In this document: one piece after another, positions 35,368-45,734 of the stretch | How positions within the stretch are numbered: the stretch's first letter is position 1 | Layout of the letters: each line of letters opens with the position of its first letter | Virus record (IMG/VR): IMGVR_UViG_3300027749_000046 | Source of the DNA: a virus | Strand: one strand, 5' to 3' | Length of the DNA stretch: 64,000 bases | Translations under genes and position numbers: made by a program | The notes under the pieces: generated by a model | Seen by the model: only the letters and a program-made list of their open reading frames with translations | Databases searched by the model: none | What the model was told of the DNA's origin: nothing

Positions 35368-38300
35368 TATGCAGAGACACCTATAGCTCTTATACTCGCC
35401 ACCATCGGCACGACAGATGGGTATTTAGCGAGCAATACAATCTTAAACTGCATTGTATCATAAGTATCAAACGTAACGTTATTGCCGTTGTAGTATCTCA
35501 CGACATTGTTGTTGTTCTTATTTGTGAAAGCTTGATACGGAGTACCACGCGCCGTGACATATCCAGTTGACGACAGCGCCTCTGCTCTGCCTACCAGCGA
35601 TATATTCAGTCCCGAGCCAACTACGCCGTACTGAGTTAGTACTGAATCGTTGATGTTAATAGAGGTATCGCTGTCTATAGTATTGACCACCGCTATCTGA
35701 TAGTTAGTAGGAAATAGAGGTGATGAGATCTTAACGATATCGCCTACCCTGTAGTCCAGACCAAACGTAGTTCCAATTCCAACTATATTCGTGCTGCCGT
35801 TTGCGGCTGTAACTACTCCCTGAGAAGTAAATACTACTGGCGGAGATGCAGGAAAGCCAAGCTGGTACTCTACTATATTTGATAGGTCTGTCGAGCTCGA
35901 GTATCTACTCTGGTTGGTCTTGTACTCTAGAAGCGTCCAGTCTTTATCATCGAATGGTTCTGGATCGTCTTTATTGTGAATCTTTACGTATACATACACG
36001 TCTGTATCTATAGGGCGATACGCATTTACATATGCTACGACGTCTTCTGCCGACTGATTATTAGCAAAATTTATCTTTGTAGTTATGTGCTTGGCTACTG
36101 CGTTACCGTGTCTAGTATTCTCAAGTGTCGCGTCATTGTTGATGTAGTACGAAGCGGCATACACGTCCGCATAAGAAGTAACGGGCACCTCGAAGTCGTT
36201 ATTTGAGGTGGCAGTAATCGTAAGAACAGTCTTGTTGTTTGCAGTCAGAGATCCGTTGTTAGCTATAACGACACCCTCTTGATATACCTCATTTGATCTC
36301 GACATAACCATGAGCGTGTTGCCAAAGTTAGTAAGAGTATTGGCACTTGGGTTAATAGTCAAACCGACTGGAGTCGGATGGTCTATACCATTATAGCCAC
36401 CATAGGTTACCGTACCATTTGAAGCTCTAAACCAAGGGGTAGAATACTTTATATCTATAGATAAAATACTCTTGGATTTATTAGTACTAACCGAAGGCAC
36501 TAACTTGCTTAGTTCTTGATCTACCATAACGGTATTACTGAATACTATACCGCTGTGCTCAGAACGCAGGGTAGAACCAACACTGAAGAAGAGATTAGCA
36601 CCCGTACCGCTTGATGCAGCATTAGATGAATTCTTTATGTTGTACTTCACATTTGTGACTGTGTCGTAGCTGTAGAATCCATATCCAGGATTAGTTATCG
36701 AGGTGTTAACAATAGCACCTGTGTTATTTGTTATTACGTTTGCGTAGGCGTTGACTGATTTAGAATATCCATTACCCGCGTATATCTCGATGAAGTCTGT
36801 GTTTGAGTATCCGGATCCAGTAGCGCTCTCTGTGTTTGCTCCTGGCGTGAGAGTGAGAACTGACGCGCTGTTTGCATACACGAACTGACCGGCAGATGAA
36901 GTTATGATATCGCCTATGTCTACAAACTGAGTGAGAGCAGTTCCGACGAACGTATTAGAACCAAATCCCATGCCCCTCAGAACTGCTTGTCTTCCGTTCT
37001 TCTTTGTGAGATTCGCAGGCATATCTCTCAGAGACCAGTTTATACCATCTGTTGATACCATGGTGTAAGAAGCGTGCTTTGTACCCATTCCGCCGGAAGC
37101 CATGAACACGCCGTCGCCGTATGTAACTCCGAATAGATATGAAACGCTTTTCTCAGGTGTAACGGCCCTGAATGTCCAGGTAGATCCGTCCGAAGACGTC
37201 TGTATTCCGGCTGTTCCTACAGCCACGAATAGACCATTTCCATAAGCTACGTCAAAGAACTGACCGATAGGTCCTGCGGTATCTCTAGTAGCAACTGTCC
37301 ATGTAGTTCCATTTGTAGACTTAACGAAATTATTATCGCCTACTGCAACGTATACTCCATTTCCATAGGCTGCACCCCTGAGTGCTCCATCTGTATTTGA
37401 AGTTGCCCAAGAGCGCTGAGTCCAAGTTATAGTATCTGTAGAAGATAAGACATAAGATCTTATTCTATCGTATCCAAACCGTCCAACTGCAATGTACACA
37501 CCGTTTCCATAAGCAGCTCCTCTAAGAGTATAGAGACCATCTTGATTAGGAGTTGTGGCTTGAGTCCATGTAACTGCGTTGTTTGTAGAGGTCCAGATAT
37601 TGCTGCTTCCGCCGACAGCAAAGAAAATTCCATTACCATATGAAACCGCATAGAAAGATGTATTAGAAGAAGTATTCTGATATCTCGATGTCCAAGTAGC
37701 TGCATTATTAGAAGACTGAATTGTTAGGTTCTCACCGACTGCGACAAACGCGCCGTTGCCGTATTGCACGTCGTACATCGGTGTAGAGACCGCGCCGTTA
37801 GACACAGCAAATATATTCTGGTAAGAGACTATAGGAAGATTGAGTGAGATGTACTCGATTGTATTGTTGACAAATCTAACTGTCGAGTTTGCATTGGAGT
37901 TTGTCATATAGAATGCGTCGTACAGCTTCTTCACGCCATCGAGAGGCGGAGAATCCAGCTGATCATAGTCCCAGTCAGGCGGATGATGGAAGCGATTATC
38001 AGCAAAGTAGAACTGACCAACTGGAGATATACACATCTTAGCGGTGTTATCTGAGAATGTAGGGTTAGTATCTACGGTAATCTGTGTGTTCGAGTCGATG
38101 CTGACAATCTTTCTTACGTCTGTATCGCTTCTATACGGGTCATACTGCCAAGAGCCGGTTGGATACTTGAACTTAGGCCTGTTATTGAAAGATCTGGTGT
38201 CAGTCCCCATATAGTTATTTTGAACGAGGACGATGTACATGTCGTTGTTTGGATTAGCCTTATACAGGCTGTTGAAGTTTATACTGCCGTCACTCTTGAT

Positions 38301-39131
38301 GATACGCGAGCTGGAATTTACTATGAGATTACCCGGTACGATAGGAGTAACCTGATAGATAAGATCGCCTGATGCTATGTCTCCATCCTTATATCCAACG
38401 GTAGTTATCTGTGAGTTTCCACCGTTCTTTGAGTATCTTCCACCTGCAGTTTCATAGGAGTTATATCTGTCATATACTACGAATTCTTGTGGATTCTTAT
38501 TTTTTATGAAAGACACAGTGTATGGATTAACAGCGGCGTTTGCGCCTGATGTAGATATATTATATCTTCCAACATACGCCGTGAACATAAGATCTTCGTT
38601 AGTTACTGGAATCCAGTCTATTCCAACGCCGCCAGATCCCTTCTTGTACTCGTAGTAGGCGCCGATGTTTCTTGCAAAAGATCCAGGCGACTTGGTGCTC
38701 GTTCCAACTATAACGTCATTCTGTCTGCATGTCCAGAGAAAGAAGTCTTCATTTCCATCGTAGGCTATGACAAATGCATACATGGCGCCTGTTGTAGCTA
38801 CAACTGGATTGTTGAACTTAAAGTTTGTCTTTACCCAGTTTGCCTGAGGTGTCGTTGGCGCGTTAATATTAATTCCAGCATACTCAACTCGAGCCACACC
38901 GTATCTGTCTATGTTATCAAGATCTGGTACGCTGTTGCCCTTGGTAGGAACAAAATAGACAGTAACACCGGGATTTGTAATACCAGATTTATTATTGGTG
39001 GCAGTTGGTTTTGCCTCAAAATACAGATCTACGCTAGTAACAATCACTTGCTCTGCATTCTGTACCACAGAGCTATCAATATAGAAAGTCTGTGCCAGAT
39101 TAAATAGTGTAGGCGCTGGTACCGTCATCAA
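35367..39131 (-). CDS. Baseplate-associated structural protein, DUF4815/VrlC C-terminal-half-like, with beta-propeller insert
   Basis: LAQTFYID...VTSVDLYFEAKP; AKHITTKINF...YRP..TDVYVYVK...FKIVLL...IRAIGVS; internal AYGNG repeats. Confidence 0.7.
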   Translation of the reverse strand: MMTVPAPTLFNLAQTFYIDSSVVQNAEQVIVTSVDLYFEAKPTATNNKSGITNPGVTVYFVPTKGNSVPDLDNIDRYGVARVEYAGININAPTTPQANWVKTNFKFNNPVVATTGAMYAFVIAYDGNEDFFLWTCRQNDVIVGTSTKSPGSFARNIGAYYEYKKGSGGVGIDWIPVTNEDLMFTAYVGRYNISTSGANAAVNPYTVSFIKNKNPQEFVVYDRYNSYETAGGRYSKNGGNSQITTVGYKDGDIASGDLIYQVTPIVPGNLIVNSSSRIIKSDGSINFNSLYKANPNNDMYIVLVQNNYMGTDTRSFNNRPKFKYPTGSWQYDPYRSDTDVRKIVSIDSNTQITVDTNPTFSDNTAKMCISPVGQFYFADNRFHHPPDWDYDQLDSPPLDGVKKLYDAFYMTNSNANSTVRFVNNTIEYISLNLPIVSYQNIFAVSNGAVSTPMYDVQYGNGAFVAVGENLTIQSSNNAATWTSRYQNTSSNTSFYAVSYGNGIFFAVGGSSNIWTSTNNAVTWTQATTPNQDGLYTLRGAAYGNGVYIAVGRFGYDRIRSYVLSSTDTITWTQRSWATSNTDGALRGAAYGNGVYVAVGDNNFVKSTNGTTWTVATRDTAGPIGQFFDVAYGNGLFVAVGTAGIQTSSDGSTWTFRAVTPEKSVSYLFGVTYGDGVFMASGGMGTKHASYTMVSTDGINWSLRDMPANLTKKNGRQAVLRGMGFGSNTFVGTALTQFVDIGDIITSSAGQFVYANSASVLTLTPGANTESATGSGYSNTDFIEIYAGNGYSKSVNAYANVITNNTGAIVNTSITNPGYGFYSYDTVTNVKYNIKNSSNAASSGTGANLFFSVGSTLRSEHSGIVFSNTVMVDQELSKLVPSVSTNKSKSILSIDIKYSTPWFRASNGTVTYGGYNGIDHPTPVGLTINPSANTLTNFGNTLMVMSRSNEVYQEGVVIANNGSLTANNKTVLTITATSNNDFEVPVTSYADVYAASYYINNDATLENTRHGNAVAKHITTKINFANNQSAEDVVAYVNAYRPIDTDVYVYVKIHNKDDPEPFDDKDWTLLEYKTNQSRYSSSTDLSNIVEYQLGFPASPPVVFTSQGVVTAANGSTNIVGIGTTFGLDYRVGDIVKISSPLFPTNYQIAVVNTIDSDTSININDSVLTQYGVVGSGLNISLVGRAEALSSTGYVTARGTPYQAFTNKNNNNVVRYYNGNNVTFDTYDTMQFKIVLLAKYPSVVPMVASIRAIGVSA

Positions 39132-39158
39132 TAATTTCCTCTTAATTAGAACTATTTG

Positions 39159-39166
39159 TATTTATT
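39159..39166 (-). promoter_or_regulatory. Late promoter (AATAAATA)
   Basis: Intergenic, between the two DUF4815-like halves. Confidence 0.6.
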
Positions 39167-39200
39167 GCGCGTTCAGATGATTATTCAAAAGTAGACGCTA

Positions 39201-42200
39201 TCAAGTGTCATCGCCTTCACCTACAGCAGTTCCAAGTCCATTTTCTTGGTTTGCAAATCCATAATCAGTTTTATTATCTTGACTATTATTCTCAGGTCCG
39301 CGATTATCCCATGCTCGGCCATTGTCACCAAGACCATTAGAAGTTTCTTCAGGAGGTGGCGGTAGAGGAGCGAGTCTAGTCGCGGGAAGACTAAATGCAC
39401 CTACAGAAGAATTATCGCTGCTCTTAACTAGAACTACCTTTTTTGTAGGATTGACATTTGTATTCTTATACAGATTATTATATGCGTACTCATCTATATT
39501 AATCATGATAAAGAAATTTGCACTGCCGCTGGCATCAGTCTGCACTTGATCTGTAACTTGACTTACCGATGTGCTTGCTGGTAGACTATCGCTCGATAGA
39601 AGTATAGCTGAGTTTGACAGTAGCTTATCATCTAGGTATATGCTGTGCTTTGTAAGAGGCTTGAGACTCTTCATCTTTATACTTACTTTTTGTCCGTACC
39701 AGATTAGAGCATTCTTATTGTCATATCTTGGTATCACTAAAGTATCAGGATCTACACTTACAGCAACGCCATTATAGATAGTAGCATCAATACCGCCCTT
39801 TGTAGCCCCAGTTGCTATATTCTGAGATACAACGCTGTACTCTTGGATATACGTAATTTTATTATTTCCGGTGTGATTTATGAGCACAGGAAGATCTGCC
39901 GGCGTGATCATACCATTTGATACTCTGGCATTATACTCGACATTATTAATATCGGTAAATGAGTAGTTTGAGAATGTATCTGTAAAGAACCCAAACTTAA
40001 ATCTATTGATACTTGGAGAAATAGAGCTCGGTATGGTAGTGTCTTTTATAGAAGTTTCCAACATCGTAAGACCAGTGTAGTACTCTAATGCGCGTATTCT
40101 TTTCTCAAGAGTTCCTATGTCTCGCATAGTATAAGCTATTGGCTGTATGCTATTTCTATTGGAGACATAGTTAGTCGTAATAGAGTGATTTTGTGATCTA
40201 ATGAAACTGTATTTCTCAGTTGCTATTCTCGTGTTAATAATATTATTAAGATTTGTAGATCTATGCAGGGGTATAGATGGATACGGCGGATTAACAACGT
40301 TACTTATAACCATAGTATTGCTTGGCGTACGAGGATTTGGTAGGCGTGTTCCCTCAGCGCTCTGGCCTTTGACTAGAGATATCTTTCCAGTAGTATCAAC
40401 TATCACGTTATCTCTTCTTCCTAAGAAGTGAGACTGATTGAAAGTTACGCCTGAACCCGGTACCGGAAATTTCTTATCAGACGTATAACTACCGAACGAT
40501 AGACTATATACTGGATTTACGTTTGCAGCAGCTGCATTGCTAGTTATCACAGCGGTGTTTACTGCGCTCGGTCTAAAGTCTATCTGGTCGATCAAATCAT
40601 AGTATCTTCCACTCGAAGCGTACATCTCAGGTATCTCAAGCGTATTATAGCTGGACCCAATACTCGACAAGTTCGATGAGTCAGTTGAGAACCGCGTGCT
40701 CAAGTTGGCGCTGACGTAAGATGATACCGTGTGTAGACTTCCGGCTGTCGTAGAGGCGTCAAATTGAACTAGAAGCCAGTTGGTAGTAGACAGACTCAAG
40801 CTTGATGTTGACTTCTTGTGGATATAGCCAAGATCATAGAAGTCTTCATTCTGGTTGTGATCGATATAGAACTCATTGGTAACATCTGAGCTGCTGGTTG
40901 ATACGTTAGAGTTGTCTGCCAGATATACATTCTTGAGGCGGAATATATCCGGAACACCTAGGCACCAAGGTCCATTTATTCCAGCTGCGTTATTAGCTAG
41001 TCTGATCTTTACAAAGCTGTCTCTGTTAGCTGTCTTTGCGTCTGCAGCCACACCGTTTCTATTGACGTTGTAGACCACAGAGACGTTTGCTGCAGAGGTC
41101 GCTGTAGTATTAACGTTGAGACTTACCGTGAGTATAGTACCGTTTGTATTGACATTTGCTACAAAATTATCTCTCTGAAGAGCTGGAGAAGACAGAGGTA
41201 TAGCCACGTTCTTTGGAAAGTATCTCGCCATACTGGCTGCTGAGTTTGAGAAAGATAGCTTGGAGTCCACATATAGGAAGCTATTATTGACTACAGCAGT
41301 TACTTTCTTTATGTCGTATACTGTTGAGTTCGCATAGAAGTAAACATAATCGCCGGCTATGAGGCCGCTGGTGGCACTTGCAAATACAGTACTCGTTCCA
41401 TATACGTTGGATGTACCGTCTGCGTTATTTGCAGCACTGGTTACGTTTGCAGTTCCCGCGAGGTCTGGAGTTATTCTCAAGCCTGCATTGAGCGGAGTTA
41501 TGATAATATCATTCTTTTGATCAAAGGTAAGAGTAGTACCGCCTACGTATTGAAACACCTCATTGGGAGAAGAAAGAAGACTTATCTGGAGCGAACCTGT
41601 ATTTGAGAGAGTTATTCCGTTATTTACGGTTCTATAGAGATAATTTAGATTGCTCACGGCGAGAGTTGATTTTGTTCCTGTATTAAACAGCATCTTATTA
41701 ACGCCGTTTATACCTCTTACTAGATTAGCTATACTTGTATTGCTAGATGCATTATAAGCCAGTAGTACGTCGGCCACACCCTTTACGGTACCGTTGTAGT
41801 TAATACCCTTTACCGAGCTGAAGTTGGCTCCAGCAATCATATTAAGATTAAAGAGATACAGTCTATATACTGCGCCGCTGAATCCGGGAGTACCAGATAC
41901 GTGAAGCATCTGACGAATATTCGCAGTGCCAATCTTATTACCAGAGTATCCAGAAGGAGGTATTGTACCTGCAGAAATTGCCGCAGTATTAGATAGATAT
42001 CCATACGCTTTGTCATAGAGATCTATTGAATCACCCGTGCTAAACATAAAGGTGCCTGCGACTTGACTGATGTCGACGTAGTTCTCATAGGATACGTTTA
42101 TACCAGATCCATTACTCGAGCTGTAGTCGATTGCCTTGATATTATCAAATGCGTAGTTGAAGAGAGTAGATACCCTAAAGCCAGATACGTATGCAGTACC

Positions 42201-43691
42201 TGGATCTACGACTATGGTGTATGTATTTGCATCAAGAGAAGTATTAGCAGGAGATTTTGTTGTAGTTAAAAACCTATCTGTAACATAGTCGCCCGCGCTC
42301 TCTGCTGTGCGAAGAGCCATCTCGTCTTCTATAGCATTATACTGCGTTACTCTATTCTGCTTGTATGGATAACCCTCCGAGAACTCAACTATGCTGAGAA
42401 AATCTGTATTTGTAGAGGCAATATCAGTATTTGATACAACGAGAACAGGCTTTATCTTAAGTCTGTCTGCACCAGGAGCCATTGAATTTGGAGTTCCGGT
42501 GGAGTTGTCGAGAAGATTTGTATCTGCATTATAGTCAACGATCGTCTCGACAGCGCCAAATCCAATTGAGACGTTATTAGGATAAGAGTTATACATGCTT
42601 ACCACCGTTGTCTGCGGGTCGACATTCAAGAAGTATCCGTTCTTGTAGATAACTCCAGAGGTAACACCAAAGGCATATCCATTGCCAATTGCATTCGCTG
42701 TGCTTGCGATCTTAATCTGACTTATATAATTGTAAGCGATAAGAGCGAGAGTACCATAGTTACCGCCTGTGGTATAGTTCTGTCTGATTGTAACATACGG
42801 TGGAACATAGTAGTTTGATCCGCCGTTGATTATAGAAAGATTCTGAATAGCGCCGATCGTGCTGTCTGTAATTATAGATGCCGTAGCGCCTGCGCCGATG
42901 ATCTCGTCGACTCCGGCCGCAGCGCCTGAAGACCCGCCGAGTATAGAATAACCGGGAACGAACTGCCACTTTGCTAGTGACACGCTCGTATTAGTGAGGT
43001 CTGTCTGAACTGGCTTGAGTGAGAGTATTGACTTTCCGGGAATAGTAGTCGTATCAATACCGTTGATGACAGCGCGACTGTTAGTCGTCGACTGCGTTAT
43101 TGTCTCGCCGTTGCTGAACGCCGTAGAAGAAGTAAGATTAGCGAGAATTGCTGGAACTATGACTACGGTGTCTGTATTAGCCCATCCTGTTGACCCATTT
43201 GTGATGGAGGTCTTACTTAGACTATTATTGCTGTCGTATATTACAATGGTATCGCCAGACGAGAAAGAAGTAAGATTGCCTGATGTGCCGCTGTTGATAT
43301 AGCGCATGTAGATTGTGTTGAGATTAGGATCTTGAGACTCATATCCGTCTGCAGAGTTTATAACTTGAGCGCGCAGATTGTTAGTTGGATTGCGAGCAAA
43401 GTGTCCAACGTATAGAGCAGGAGCAGCTAGAGTGCCATCGGTCTCTTTATCGAGAAGCTTTGCATACGGGTAGTTATCAAAGAATACGAAATTACAACCG
43501 TTGATTATAGTGCCGCGTCTATAGATGTTATTACCAAACTGCTCTATCTGATTCTGCAGTATGGCCTGAAGCTGGTTGAGCTCTCTTGTTTGAACGGCAA
43601 CAGACGGCTTGAATAGAATCCTATAGTATTCATTTGCTGGATCATAATCATCATAGTATGGAGCAACATCTAGATTTGTAGTAATAGGCAT
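39201..43691 (-). CDS. DUF4815/VrlC-like large virion structural protein (N-terminal half)
   Basis: TNLDVAPYYDDYD...YYRILFKPSVAVQTRELNQLQAILQNQIEQFG, APGADRLKI, YTMRDIGTLEKRIRALEYYT, RFKFGFFTDTF. Confidence 0.85.
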   Translation of the reverse strand: MPITTNLDVAPYYDDYDPANEYYRILFKPSVAVQTRELNQLQAILQNQIEQFGNNIYRRGTIINGCNFVFFDNYPYAKLLDKETDGTLAAPALYVGHFARNPTNNLRAQVINSADGYESQDPNLNTIYMRYINSGTSGNLTSFSSGDTIVIYDSNNSLSKTSITNGSTGWANTDTVVIVPAILANLTSSTAFSNGETITQSTTNSRAVINGIDTTTIPGKSILSLKPVQTDLTNTSVSLAKWQFVPGYSILGGSSGAAAGVDEIIGAGATASIITDSTIGAIQNLSIINGGSNYYVPPYVTIRQNYTTGGNYGTLALIAYNYISQIKIASTANAIGNGYAFGVTSGVIYKNGYFLNVDPQTTVVSMYNSYPNNVSIGFGAVETIVDYNADTNLLDNSTGTPNSMAPGADRLKIKPVLVVSNTDIASTNTDFLSIVEFSEGYPYKQNRVTQYNAIEDEMALRTAESAGDYVTDRFLTTTKSPANTSLDANTYTIVVDPGTAYVSGFRVSTLFNYAFDNIKAIDYSSSNGSGINVSYENYVDISQVAGTFMFSTGDSIDLYDKAYGYLSNTAAISAGTIPPSGYSGNKIGTANIRQMLHVSGTPGFSGAVYRLYLFNLNMIAGANFSSVKGINYNGTVKGVADVLLAYNASSNTSIANLVRGINGVNKMLFNTGTKSTLAVSNLNYLYRTVNNGITLSNTGSLQISLLSSPNEVFQYVGGTTLTFDQKNDIIITPLNAGLRITPDLAGTANVTSAANNADGTSNVYGTSTVFASATSGLIAGDYVYFYANSTVYDIKKVTAVVNNSFLYVDSKLSFSNSAASMARYFPKNVAIPLSSPALQRDNFVANVNTNGTILTVSLNVNTTATSAANVSVVYNVNRNGVAADAKTANRDSFVKIRLANNAAGINGPWCLGVPDIFRLKNVYLADNSNVSTSSSDVTNEFYIDHNQNEDFYDLGYIHKKSTSSLSLSTTNWLLVQFDASTTAGSLHTVSSYVSANLSTRFSTDSSNLSSIGSSYNTLEIPEMYASSGRYYDLIDQIDFRPSAVNTAVITSNAAAANVNPVYSLSFGSYTSDKKFPVPGSGVTFNQSHFLGRRDNVIVDTTGKISLVKGQSAEGTRLPNPRTPSNTMVISNVVNPPYPSIPLHRSTNLNNIINTRIATEKYSFIRSQNHSITTNYVSNRNSIQPIAYTMRDIGTLEKRIRALEYYTGLTMLETSIKDTTIPSSISPSINRFKFGFFTDTFSNYSFTDINNVEYNARVSNGMITPADLPVLINHTGNNKITYIQEYSVVSQNIATGATKGGIDATIYNGVAVSVDPDTLVIPRYDNKNALIWYGQKVSIKMKSLKPLTKHSIYLDDKLLSNSAILLSSDSLPASTSVSQVTDQVQTDASGSANFFIMINIDEYAYNNLYKNTNVNPTKKVVLVKSSDNSSVGAFSLPATRLAPLPPPPEETSNGLGDNGRAWDNRGPENNSQDNKTDYGFANQENGLGTAVGEGDDT

Positions 43692-43703
43692 CTTCTATCC
43701 TTC

Positions 43704-45734
43704 TTAAAACTCAAGAGTGAGCTTGAATGTTTCCGTCTGATCGCTTCTTCTATTTACTGCGTCGATATTCTCGATGTACAGTATATCTCCGCTTCCATAG
43801 ACTATCTCTGGATAGTATTTATTAGTAGGAGTAAATATGGCTCCAGAATTAGTTCCCCTTACGGTATTAGACGCCCCTAAGTTAAATGTGCCGATAGCTT
43901 GGGTAACATAGAGTCTATTGTAACTCCCGTAGTTTACAAGAGAGTTATACACTGCATTTGCGGTGAATGTATCAGTAGATGGAGTTATAATCTCATTATT
44001 AACAAAAGTACCAGAATTTAAAGTTCCATCATACGAGAACATCTGCACGAAAGTATCAAAACTCTTAGTCTGATTGCTTCTTGAAACTGTGTTGACAGTG
44101 GCCTTGCAACCCGTTTGACTTCCAACTATCAGATCTGAGTTGGAGAAGATGCCATATGAGTTTGTGACCTGAATTGCTCCAGTTGTAGCTTGAATAACAT
44201 AGCCGGAAGAATCAGAATCAGGAAGCGAGATGCTAGCGGAGGTATCAGTGAATATAGAGTTGGTAGTAAGAGTTAAGTAAGTGCTATTTCCTACGCTGTT
44301 TACGGTACTAAGTTGATAAGTAGTGCTGTCGTTGGATACTAAGTAGATCATATCGCCAGAATTAAACTGATTGTTAAAGTCTGTACCGCTACCAGTTACA
44401 GCTGTGCTGTATAGATTTATAGTAGCAGTTCCTACTATCTTTACTGGGTTTATTCTAAATACTTTCTCTCCTATAGAGAACGCACTGGACACCGCAGTCA
44501 GAGTCATGCTCACATTAGAGAACAGAGGATTCTTCATGATTCCTATTTGACTATAGGAGGCGTTAGCCACTATCGTATTGCCCTCGCTGTTTGCAAGATT
44601 AACGCCGATAGTTGCGTACTTCGCACCTAGTTCTGCAAATATATTAGCGCCATGACCGTCTTTTGGCGGGAGTATCGGACGAATACTAGCTTGTCTAAAG
44701 TTGCTAGAAGAAACTACTATTGGACTTGCATTTACCACTGCAGTTGCATACTTAAAGTCTCTGCCACGGCTTAGCATCTTTATAGAAGACACGCTATTAC
44801 CAGAGTAAGAGTTTATTATAGCAATTGCATATGCATTTATAGACTGAGTGTAATCTCCTATAATCTCTACTGCGGGATACAACTCATATTGAGAAGTATT
44901 ATCTGGATTTATAGGAAATGTAGAATCAAGAACTACAAACTTCTTAGTGCTATTGGCAAATGATGCCAGTACTTTCTGATACTGCCCTTGACCAGTTCCA
45001 GAAGTTATATGAAGGTAGCAGCCGGTATAGGCATTATTCGTGGTGGACGCAGAATTTGATAGGGCGTATACCAGACTGTTAGCGTTTAGTCTCGTATCGC
45101 TGACTGAGAATGTTCCCGTTAGATAGTTAAAGTATCCAGACCCACCGTCCACGACTTTTACTATGTCTATAGAACCAGGAACTGCCGCTGCAGTAACGCT
45201 CGTGTTCTCAAATACAGGAAAATAATCAGTAGTCATAAACTTATTTGTCTGACTCTGAGAAGATGTGCACATGTACTTCCACTTGTAACCATCAGACGTC
45301 TGATATATCTCATCATTTGCAGTTACTTGCGATATACTCGGCGATATAGTAGAGGCAGTATTACCGTTGTTGTCTACACACTTAAATACGTGCTTGTACG
45401 TTCCCTCTGTTACTATAGCATAGAATTCTTCATTAAAGATATTAGCATCTACATCGTCGTACATCGCGTATACCGTATTTGACTGATAGTCGTATCTTGG
45501 TATACTGAGGGCTACGTCAGAACTATAGATCTTCTTTCCATAGAGCATATTTCTATATGCATCTGATAGAGTATCATGTGTGTCATCATATGCCGTCTGT
45601 ATGGTATTAAATGGCACGCTGTATCCAGCAAAGAAATAATACCTATTATCAGCGGTCGTATCAAACGACATGATAAAGTTCTTTGCGTTATTTAGACCAT
45701 AATTCGTAGTTATTAGTTTTTGTGATTGTGACAT
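43704..45734 (-). CDS. gp8: Baseplate wedge subunit (gp8-like)
   Basis: IPRYDY...YAMYDD...VFKCVDN...TSDGYKWKYM; GHGANIFAELGA; SGDILYIENI...QTETFKLTLEF. Confidence 0.85.
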   Translation of the reverse strand: MSQSQKLITTNYGLNNAKNFIMSFDTTADNRYYFFAGYSVPFNTIQTAYDDTHDTLSDAYRNMLYGKKIYSSDVALSIPRYDYQSNTVYAMYDDVDANIFNEEFYAIVTEGTYKHVFKCVDNNGNTASTISPSISQVTANDEIYQTSDGYKWKYMCTSSQSQTNKFMTTDYFPVFENTSVTAAAVPGSIDIVKVVDGGSGYFNYLTGTFSVSDTRLNANSLVYALSNSASTTNNAYTGCYLHITSGTGQGQYQKVLASFANSTKKFVVLDSTFPINPDNTSQYELYPAVEIIGDYTQSINAYAIAIINSYSGNSVSSIKMLSRGRDFKYATAVVNASPIVVSSSNFRQASIRPILPPKDGHGANIFAELGAKYATIGVNLANSEGNTIVANASYSQIGIMKNPLFSNVSMTLTAVSSAFSIGEKVFRINPVKIVGTATINLYSTAVTGSGTDFNNQFNSGDMIYLVSNDSTTYQLSTVNSVGNSTYLTLTTNSIFTDTSASISLPDSDSSGYVIQATTGAIQVTNSYGIFSNSDLIVGSQTGCKATVNTVSRSNQTKSFDTFVQMFSYDGTLNSGTFVNNEIITPSTDTFTANAVYNSLVNYGSYNRLYVTQAIGTFNLGASNTVRGTNSGAIFTPTNKYYPEIVYGSGDILYIENIDAVNRRSDQTETFKLTLEF

